Assembly: GCA_002245135.1 (NCBI GenBank) | Contig: NGBS01000305.1 | Coordinates: forward strand, 184,517 to 204,516 | Length of the DNA stretch: 20,000 nt | Source: Proteromonas lacertae | Taxonomy: Eukaryota | Direction: 5' to 3' | Part shown: positions 12,088 through 20,000 of the stretch, in pieces | Position numbering within the stretch: position 1 is the first letter of the stretch | How the letters are laid out: each line of letters begins with the position of its first letter | Notes under the pieces: model-generated | What the model was told of the DNA's origin: nothing | What the model saw: only the letters and a program-made list of their open reading frames with translations | The model's database searches: none | Translations under genes and position numbers: made by a program

Positions 12088-13416
12088 TTAAGCAACTAAT
12101 TCTGATGATATTAAGTCAACCTTCTTATTATCTCTCTTTTCCAATCTGAACATCACATCTATCAAAATAGTCATAAACAATCCAATAAAAGTCGATGCAT
12201 ATGATAATATATAAGCATATTGATCACCAAATGAATCATTTACAACTCCAAAAGCAAACATTGCCAATATCTGAATAACAGTTTGAAATGGAATAATAAT
12301 CCCTGTTGCAGTTTCAGAATCTTCTTTAAAATAATAAATTACTAATCCCATCACAGCAGGCCAAAAGGTTGAAACAAAGAATCCAGAAGCAGCTATAAAT
12401 CCTAAAGCAACATTGGCATTACTCAACGAAAATCCAAATACTGCGCAAATAATAGTACCAAATGCTAATGCATACAATGTATTAACTGGACCCAGTTTAT
12501 CTGACACAATTCCATTTATTAATCTTGAAAATGTATAAATCATAAGAAAATATGTGAAAAAATTACTTGCAGCATCATTACTAACATGTAAATACTTTGT
12601 TGCATATAACACACCCCAACTGCTAGTTGATCTTTCAGTGATTGTGTAAAATGCTAAAATCAATACAATTGTCCATACTCTGACATTCTTAAATAACTCC
12701 ATGGGTGATGCTTTATCTGGTGATGGAGTAACATATTTATTTTTATCATTATCATTGTTAATATCAGTTATTTCAAAGTGTGACATTGATATTCTTTCTT
12801 TTGGCTTTTCTTCATACGGTAAATTCGTTTTTGGATCTCTATCATAAGGGATAAATATACTTGGAATAAAGAATATTACAACAGGAATAATTGATAATAA
12901 GTAGTGTTCTTTATAACCAAAATTTGGATAAGCATGTTGAAAGAGTTGAATATAGGGAGGAGCAATAAAGGATCCTACTCCATAAAAGAAGACTAATAAA
13001 CAAAACATCATTCCTACATGCTTATCGAATGTTATTGAACCTAATGAATTACCTGATAAATCTAATGCTCCTAATCCAGCTGATGCTAAGAATAAGAAGA
13101 ATAGAATCAACCATAAACTGTCAGAGAGGTATATTCCAACAAAACCAATCAAGGGACCGATGTAACCAATTAAGAATACCCATCTATAACCCCACTTATA
13201 AATAATGGTTGCTGACAACATTGAAAAAATCATATATCCAACGAGCATTGCATTAGGCAAATAACTGTACACTTCATAAGAAATATCCTTCTCTTCTTTG
13301 ATCATGGGAAGTAATATCCCTTTAGCATTATCAATGAACCCTTCAGCTACTAAAGCTCCAAAACAAGCAAAACACTTGAGCAAATATACTCTGTTTCCCC
13401 AAATATCGATTTTCAT
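12088..13416 (-). CDS. Major facilitator superfamily transporter (FucP/TsgA/Bsc6-like), intron-less
   Basis: About 12 hydrophobic segments in two halves, with motifs YKWGYR, FFYGVGSFIAP, ERSTSSWGVLY and SRLINGIVSDKLG. First ATG is at 13416. Confidence 0.9.
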   Translation of the reverse strand: MKIDIWGNRVYLLKCFACFGALVAEGFIDNAKGILLPMIKEEKDISYEVYSYLPNAMLVGYMIFSMLSATIIYKWGYRWVFLIGYIGPLIGFVGIYLSDSLWLILFFLFLASAGLGALDLSGNSLGSITFDKHVGMMFCLLVFFYGVGSFIAPPYIQLFQHAYPNFGYKEHYLLSIIPVVIFFIPSIFIPYDRDPKTNLPYEEKPKERISMSHFEITDINNDNDKNKYVTPSPDKASPMELFKNVRVWTIVLILAFYTITERSTSSWGVLYATKYLHVSNDAASNFFTYFLMIYTFSRLINGIVSDKLGPVNTLYALAFGTIICAVFGFSLSNANVALGFIAASGFFVSTFWPAVMGLVIYYFKEDSETATGIIIPFQTVIQILAMFAFGVVNDSFGDQYAYILSYASTFIGLFMTILIDVMFRLEKRDNKKVDLISSELVA

Positions 13417-13542
13417 TTTTTTGAAACACAATTATTTTTAAAACACAAATAGAATATTATTTTTTGCCACACTTAACAAAAATACATTTATACATATACA
13501 TAGACATAAACATTATATAATTAAAACAACTTTGCATTTCAC

Positions 13543-14540
13543 TTAATTCTTCATCTTTCCATCCAAATACATAAAAAAATTTAATAAAATTGTCATTAAT
13601 AAACCTAAGAATAGCATTGAATAGGAAAGCATATAAGCATATTGATCACCAAAAGAATCATTTACGATTCCCAACGCTGCAGTAACTAATATCTGAGTTA
13701 TAGCTTGCATAGGTAATATCAATGCAGTAACTGATTCGGAATCATTTTTATAATTCTGTACAACCAAACCCATACAACAAGGCCAAAATGTAGATACAAA
13801 ACCACCAGAAGCTGCAAAAAAGTATATTGCAGTAGTACCATGAGGAAATAAAAAGCCTAAAACACAGCAAATAATAGCACAAATTGTCAGAACATAGATC
13901 ATTTTGAAGTAACCGATTCTGTCAGTAATTACACCAGTAAATAACCTTGAAAATGTATAAATAAATAAAAAGGCGGTGAAAAAATTGGAAGCAGTTGATT
14001 CACTTAAATGTAAGTATTTAGTAACATATAACACTCCCCAATTGCTTGTCGATCTTTCAGCTACAGTAAAAAATGATAAAATCAATCCAATATTCCATAC
14101 TCGAGTGTCTTTTAAAACTTCAACAATTGATTTCTTTTTTATTGGTTCAATTTTATCACCTTTATTTCCTGCAATTTCAAACAATGTTGTTGGCTCAATT
14201 TCTTCAGGTATTTCAATATGCGACAAAGAAGCAAAGGAATGAGACAAGGATTTTGATTTTTGAACAGGATACTTCAAATCATTCTCATCTACAGTTAGAA
14301 GAGATTGAGATGTATGTTGTATTAAATAGGGAGGATCTTCTTTATTATATGGAATGAATAACGTTGATAACATTACCAATCCAACAAGAATCAGTAAAAA
14401 TAAGTAGTATTCTCTATAAGTATACGATGGGAATAAATAACGTATTAATTGAATGTATGGTGGTGCAAAAAATGCGCCAACTCCATAACTCATTGCAGAA
14501 AGGCAGTACATTAATCCTACACATCTATTATAAGTTATTG
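13543..14540 (-). pseudogene. Tandem MFS transporter paralog, 5' part cut off by the viral insertion
   Basis: Highly similar to the neighbouring MFS (ERSTSNWGVLYVTKYLH, VNDSFGDQYAY). Homology extends upstream to ITYNRCVGLMYCL (paralog ITFDKHVGMMFCL) and stops abruptly at ~14540, so roughly 125 N-terminal codons are missing. Confidence 0.8.
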
Positions 14541-14561
14541 TATATAATATAAATGCATGAA

Positions 14562-14655
14562 ATCCTCTTTTATAGAGGATCCTCTTCTAAAAGAGGATTT
14601 TTAGATCCTCTCTGAAAGAGGAAAGAGGATTTTTAGATCCTCTTTAAAAGAGGAT
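14562..14655. repeat. Array of four ATCCTCT-(N5-12)-AGAGGAT hairpins at the element terminus
   Basis: ATCCTCT occurs at 14562, 14579, 14605 and 14637, and AGAGGAT ends at 14580, 14598, 14630 and 14655. A 22-nt direct repeat AAAGAGGATTTTTAGATCCTCT is at 14590-14611 and 14622-14643. Confidence 0.9.
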
Positions 14656-14691
14656 ATATGTATAACCGTAAGAATATCACTGTATGTGGGT

Positions 14692-15062
14692 AAACCGTAC
14701 CAGACTATTCTTAGGTGCCTTCTACAGATAAGAATAAGCGATTTGAGTGTGAATTAGTTTTTGGTACGGGTTATACTGGAGCAAGCGGTGAATTTTAAAT
14801 TGTGTATATATTTTAGTGTGTGAATAAATTTATGGGTCAAATTCTATTTTTATATTTTTAATAGTTTTTAGCGTAGGATAGTAGAAATAATGTGTAGAAA
14901 TAGATAAGTAGCTACCTGTTCTACCCCGGCAGGGTAGCTACTTTATAGAATAAGAAATGTATTTCTATGTAAGTAAGTAGCGTGTCCTGTGTAGCCTGAC
15001 TAGGACTTAGTGATTAAATAGTGTGATGGCCAAGCTACAGAATGCGTTCTTACTTTTTTTTT
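14692..15062 (+). other. Structured non-coding segment with three long stem-loops ending in a T9 tract (putative TIR structure or ncRNA)
   Basis: Inverted repeats at 14692-14710/14751-14772, 14906-14916/14933-14943 (perfect 11 bp) and 14973-14995/15034-15053 (with G-U pairs), followed by T9 at 15054-15062. Confidence 0.55.
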
Positions 15063-15296
15063 GGTTATTTTTTTTCATTTATCAATTTATTCATGGATTT
15101 ATATAGTGTAGTTAAAAACATTCAAAAGAATTTAAATAGTATCAAAAATATATATTTAAAGAATTATCTGCAGTATTCTATATTTTTTACTAAATCGAAA
15201 TTCTGACGTGAAACTGTTGTTATAAACAGAAAAAAGAAACAGTTTTGATTTTCCTGAAATTTTAGAAAAACCGTTTTTTATCAAAAAAATATAAAT

Positions 15297-15764
15297 ATGT
15301 GTGCTTCAGTAAACTTTGCTTTCTTTTGTTCATTTAGAAATAATGAAGATTATTTAGATAAGTGTATATGTGGAACATGTAAGTTTTACTTATATTTTAA
15401 CCATAACATAAGTGCAGTTTTAGATAGCCCATTACCTAAGGAAGAGATAAAGTCTTATAATGAATTCTGTGCTATTTGCCATCAAAAGATGTGGACAAAG
15501 TATAGTGATAAGAGATATTATATGATGCTTTTCGATATTAAACCATCAGTAAAACCAAGAGGATTAAATAGACATTATTTTGCAGTGTTTGATAAGTATA
15601 TTGAATGGTTAACACTACCTGAAGGAATGGGAAGTGTTCATTTGAAGAAGAATCCTATGTTGAAACATTATGTAAAGAAGAATTATATATTTGATGATAG
15701 TGATGATGATGAGGAAGAAGAAGTTAAAGGAAACAATGATCAAACTACGATAAACATACTCTAA
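15297..15764 (+). CDS. Viral hypothetical Cys/His-rich (putative Zn-binding) protein with acidic tail
   Basis: Uninterrupted 155-aa ORF in AT-rich DNA with motifs CICGTC, FNH and CAICH, and a DDSDDDEEEE tail. Confidence 0.6.
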   Translation: MCASVNFAFFCSFRNNEDYLDKCICGTCKFYLYFNHNISAVLDSPLPKEEIKSYNEFCAICHQKMWTKYSDKRYYMMLFDIKPSVKPRGLNRHYFAVFDKYIEWLTLPEGMGSVHLKKNPMLKHYVKKNYIFDDSDDDEEEEVKGNNDQTTINIL

Positions 15765-15899
15765 ATTTTAAAACGAATCTTTATCTTAAAATGATTTGGG
15801 ACAGGGTTTAAAAATATGCGTAATTTAATAAAAATCATATAATATAATAAAAATATAATAAATTTTATAATAAACATAATAAAATAATCATAATAAAGA

Positions 15900-16685
15900 T
15901 TAAAATGGTTCTGTAACACCTGTATCCATCCACTCTGTTATAATAACTTGAGGTGGGAATGCTTGATATGAATATGCATCAAGACCTTTTCGTTCTATAT
16001 AAAGATTACATTTATTATTATTATTTCTTAATATAGGCCAAAAACATCCATAATCATTAATTGCAGGTTGTGAAGTTTCATTTATTACACCTTGTATAGG
16101 GAAGTATATTCCATTACTACCATCTACAAAGTATGTTTCTAATAATTTGTTATAATATTGTTGCAATAAATCTTCTTTACCTGGTTCAGCTTTAATAACA
16201 TGATTGTCATCTAGATATAATATAAATCCATAACCATCATCATGATTTTTTAAAACAAGGCCATTATATATTTTGATTCTCATAAAATGTTCAAACATTT
16301 GAATTTTTATAGGTACTTTTACAGTAGATTCATATTGATTGATGGAACCATCTTGAAATATATAGAAATTAACTGACCAATATGTATATTCAGTATGCAA
16401 TAATTTAGGTGATACAGAATTATTAACTATTGTAGTGCTACCTCCAGAGCTATTATTTACAACATTATATATTTCTTGACATTTACCATATATAGTATTT
16501 GTAGTAGTTTTGATATCATTAACAGGTGTAATAATATTATTTATTTGAGTATCAGTATGATTATTAATAGGTTTAACAATAGTATCAGGATCAGTAGGTT
16601 GTATATTTATTTTGTCAGCTATATCTTTAGCAAGCTTATCTGTATCAATATTTATATCTGAAGTATTTCGTTCCCCAATAAACAT
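15900..16685 (-). CDS. Viral hypothetical protein (coiled-coil-like N-terminus, SSGGS linker, beta-rich C-terminal domain); candidate virion fibre/accessory protein
   Basis: Uninterrupted ORF directly downstream of the ATPase. The likely start is MFIGERN at 16685; the ORF track extends it to 16733. Confidence 0.6.
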   Translation of the reverse strand: MFIGERNTSDINIDTDKLAKDIADKINIQPTDPDTIVKPINNHTDTQINNIITPVNDIKTTTNTIYGKCQEIYNVVNNSSGGSTTIVNNSVSPKLLHTEYTYWSVNFYIFQDGSINQYESTVKVPIKIQMFEHFMRIKIYNGLVLKNHDDGYGFILYLDDNHVIKAEPGKEDLLQQYYNKLLETYFVDGSNGIYFPIQGVINETSQPAINDYGCFWPILRNNNNKCNLYIERKGLDAYSYQAFPPQVIITEWMDTGVTEPF

Positions 16686-16729
16686 TTTTTGAATTAATAA
16701 ACAATAAAATAACAAAATTAATAAAAACA

Positions 16730-17490
16730 TCAAGAAACTTCAGAATGATCTTCAATCAAAATATTAAAGTTAGCTCTAAACACTTTTTTAACATTATCAA
16801 TATATAAGAAGTTATATTGTGGCTTAGTAACAGCTAAATATAACTCTTTAAATGTTTCATATTCAGGTATCCATATATTCAATGAGTTGTATAAGTCAAA
16901 CAAATTTCTATTACTCAATCCATAAAATGTTAAACAATAATCTACTTGTGATCTTGCTGAAGGTACTATATCAGTAATATATTGACTACTAATTATAATT
17001 TTTGATTTTAAATGTCTATTTTCTTTCATTAATACTGGTATGATATTAGCTGTTTTCAACTCTAAACTAAGATCATCAAATATTATGATATGTTCTGCAT
17101 ACTCATAATTATCTTTGTTTGTATCATCAATTGATTTCATTAACTTCTCTACCAAATTATCTCCTGAATAAGGTTCAAATAATGAATCGTTTTCATCATA
17201 ACTAATTTCATTATAATCTAATAACTCTTTAATTGAATCATATATCCTATCTTGTTTAATTGTACCTACGAAAAATGTACATGTTGTTTTTTCTTATATT
17301 TTGGATCTATAATATGTCTTAATATATTGTATATCAAAGTAGTTTTCCCACTGTTCTTACGAGCTACAATAAATATATTGCAGAAAGGCTCATTAAAGTA
17401 ATCATATCCCAGAATTTTCTTAGGATCAAAAGACTCACCACCATCAACAGGTTCAATTTGTATATTATTTATTTTTTCAAATTTAAACAT
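16730..17490 (-). CDS. A32-like (FtsK/HerA) DNA packaging ATPase, one frameshift at ~17290
   Basis: Walker A variant IFIVARKNSGKTT, Walker B IIIFDDL and A32 motif ENRHLKSKIIISSQY..IVPSARSQ. Shifting at the A6 run (17287-17292) gives a continuous bridge KTTCTFFVGTIKQDRIYDSIKELL..GDNLVEKLM. Confidence 0.9.
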
Positions 17491-17560
17491 AGTGTGTGTA
17501 TATATATATTATGTAGTGAGAAATCAAAAATAAAAATAGAAGTCAATAATAAAGTGTTAT

Positions 17561-18984
17561 TTATACTACTTTCTCAACACCTCTTGGTCCAATAACTAAT
17601 TGTTTACCTGTAATAATATAGAATTTATGATGAATTGTATAAGTATTTTTTGCAGTATCAAAATCATGATTTGAGCAATCCAAAGTAATTTTTAAATCAC
17701 TTGCTAAGTCTTTACCAGCTCTTAATTTTAACTCAGTTAATCGATCAGTACTGAAATTTAATACATCAAAGAATCTATAAGGGAATGAATATGCTGAACA
17801 TTTTTCATATAATGTATTTTGAATAATATTTCTCATATATTCCCAAGTTTGGTATTTTGCAGGATATAAATAATCAGGAGTATAGACAAAATCATTAATT
17901 TGCCATCTAATTCTATCTTCTTCTTTATCAAAAGGAACTATAGTTCTTATATAAGCATCATTTATGTATGCTCTGTATAATATAAACTTAACATAACTTC
18001 CAATGCTGCTATTAATACTGAAGTTATAGTTAAAAAGTACTATTACCTGGAATAGGATCTTTAGTTATTTGAACTATGTTAAATCAGTAAAGTCAATAGG
18101 ATGATGAGTTGAATAATTGATGGTATTGGCATTGCAAGTTGGATCTTTGTTATAACAAACATAAAGATGAGGATTAACTATTTTCATTCCTAAAAATGCT
18201 TGCCCATTGGTTTATATATTTATCTCCATCATTATGATGAACCCAATTCATTATAGGTGCAAATGTGAATTGTATGTATATTACTTCACCAAAATAAATA
18301 TCATTCTTCAAAGCTAAAATAGTATTGTATATGTCTGCAAAATGAAATCTACACAGTATTTTGACCATGTAATGTATCTGTCATACCATTTTGCATTACA
18401 TAATAATTTTGAACACCTCCACTTGGATTTAATGTATTAGCTGAATGACATAATAAATTTTCACCTATTTTTTGATTTGCAGTATTAAATCCTAAACCAT
18501 CAAATATTTTCTTGTAATAATCTGGTTCTTTTAAATCATAAGGAAATTGATTTGCAATTTCATGAGCTAAATCTCTATATTCATTATAACTAGTATCCAA
18601 ATCACATAGCAAAGTTCCTGTTTTGTTGTATACTTTTAATGTACCAAAATTCATAGTATTCTTCAATGTTAGTTTATCTAAATTATTTGCACTAGTATCT
18701 CTTTTAGGTACAAAAGGCATATCCCAATTACCTGAATCTGCAGCAGCATGAGCTCTAGTTTGACCTGTAGTATAATCTAATATGAATTCAAAATAGCTTT
18801 TTGATAAGTTAACACAATTATCACCAGATATTTCAAATGTAATAGCATCACTGTTTGAATTTAAAGATAAAACAGTCTCATTCCTGCTTTGGTTTGGAGT
18901 AACTAAAATATGGTTGTAAATTGGTATGTAAGCTGGCACAATGCTTTCATGCTTTTGTGAATTAGGTATAGCAGTGATTGACAT
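17561..18984 (-). CDS. Major capsid protein (double jelly-roll, PLV type), about 470 aa when four frameshifts are corrected
   Basis: PLV-MCP-like motifs YNHILVTP..ITFEISG..VNLSKSYFEF, DIYNTILALKNDIYFGEVIYIQFTF, IVNPHLYV and C-terminal ITGKQLVIGPRGV. Located between the minor capsid and ATPase genes. Shifts at ~18360, ~18210, ~18080 and ~18033. Confidence 0.78.
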
Positions 18985-19037
18985 AATTTATGTTATTTTA
19001 AAAGATTAAAAAATACTTAAAAATAGCAAGAAATTTA

Positions 19038-20000
19038 TTAATACAAAATAATCTCAAAATAAATAGGTAAGTTTTTTAAATAAATTGCATAACCATCTGT
19101 TGTGTGACTGATATAGTCATTCGTTGATATTCGTGATATTGCATCTTCTTAGCTGTCCATTCAATTTGTGGATTAGTGAATGTTGGTGTAGTTAGTATTA
19201 AGATCTTTCACAGGTATGTTAGCTAAAACCATTGAATTCTCACCACTATTAACCCAGTCACATCTAATTTGTATGAATGACACCCAAATTAAAGACGGTT
19301 GATTAGGCAATATTTTTGTCATATTCTATATCAATATTATTAAAAAATGCTTCAATTGGAGCTGCTGTATGATAAATATCTAACTTTTTGTTCATCTCAT
19401 CTACACCATATAACTTATAAACTAAGTTAGGGAATTCAATGCTAAAATCTGTGAAATATAATCTACCAAAATGAGTTAAGTATTTGAATTTTAAGTGTAA
19501 TCTATTTTCTGAACTTTCACTAAATTGAAGTATATCTGTTTGATCATCTATTTTACGAAACGGATAGTTTTGTGAAAGATCTTCATCTGGCAATGGTCCT
19601 GCTGCACCTGCTATTTCTGCAAAACTTAACGATAGTAACTTATTACTAAAAAATTCTAATAATTCTTTACCAGTATAATTTCTTTGAGGTATTTTAGCAT
19701 CAATAGTTTTATAATAAGGTCCAAGCTGATTCTCAGGTTTTTCCCATTCTGCTGGATTTGTTTTATCTGGATTTATGCATTCGTAGTAAGTGAAATTAAA
19801 GAGAATATGATCATTTACTTCATCTTGTACTGTATAGAAGTTTTTGGAATAACTGCAGTAATTAAACTCATATATTGATATTTTTCAGTAATAGTTGGAG
19901 TATTAATACATCTAACCCATTTATTAGATAATTTTTCATTATAGTCTGATGTTGTTAAGAACAATGTTCTTCTATTAGCTAATATGTTGTTACTATCTTT
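19038..20000 (-). CDS. Minor capsid (penton) protein, start outside window, four frameshifts
   Basis: Reconstructed motifs MSLITAVIPK(N/T)FYTVQ..N, IDAKIPQRNYTGKELL, FIQIRCDWV..VLANIPV and TDGYAIYLKNLPIYFEIILY* match the Polinton/PLV penton pattern. Shifts at ~19842, ~19315, ~19185 and ~19100. Confidence 0.78.

Larger units (their letters stand above)
14541..20000. mobile_element. Endogenous Polinton-like virus / virophage-type element (one end; continues beyond window)
   Basis: Intron-less, tightly packed minor capsid, major capsid and A32-like ATPase genes. About 750 nt of non-coding palindrome-rich terminus abuts the broken MFS gene. No integrase or polymerase is seen within the window. 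Confidence 0.85.

Noticed and set aside
11760..14552. Plus-strand ORFs 11760-11948, 13976-14242, 14073-14357 and 14364-14552
   Set aside because: They are antisense to well-supported SWEET and MFS coding sequence.
14562..14655. CRISPR-like array
   Set aside because: There are no unique spacers of 25-45 nt and no cas genes, and the context is eukaryotic.
14770..14852. tRNA gene suggested by D-loop-like and T-loop-like motifs
   Set aside because: No acceptor or anticodon stem can be formed, and the T-loop is imperfect.
17285..17295. Programmed -1 frameshift in the ATPase at G AAA AAA C
   Set aside because: It is an imperfect slippery heptamer, and many similar indels occur nearby, so a homopolymer error or mutation is more likely.
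16476..19878. Plus-strand ORFs 16476-16661 and 19684-19878
   Set aside because: They are antisense to viral genes and have no independent support.

Overview
Very AT-rich microbial-eukaryote DNA with the standard genetic code and mostly 24-55 nt GT(A)..AG introns. The host is not identifiable from sequence alone; tiny introns plus a minor intron would fit a Blastocystis/Proteromonas-like protist, but this is inference only. Bases 1 to ~14,540 are host genes: a SAM-DUF4062-NACHT-TPR (NPHP3-like STAND NTPase) gene containing a U12-type AT-AC intron, a secreted beta-propeller/Ig/TM surface protein, a divergent helical-repeat protein, a bacterial-like SMI1/KNR4 (SUKH) protein, two tail-to-tail SWEET sugar transporters and two tandem MFS transporters. 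From ~14,541 to the window end lies one end of an endogenous Polinton-like virus (PLV)/virophage-type element that appears to be inserted inside the second MFS gene. It carries a hairpin-rich non-coding terminus, two orphan ORFs and an intron-less morphogenesis module (minor capsid, major capsid, A32-like packaging ATPase). Single-base frameshifts break the viral genes (about 9) and, less often, host genes (about 3-4), so decay versus assembly error needs resolving.
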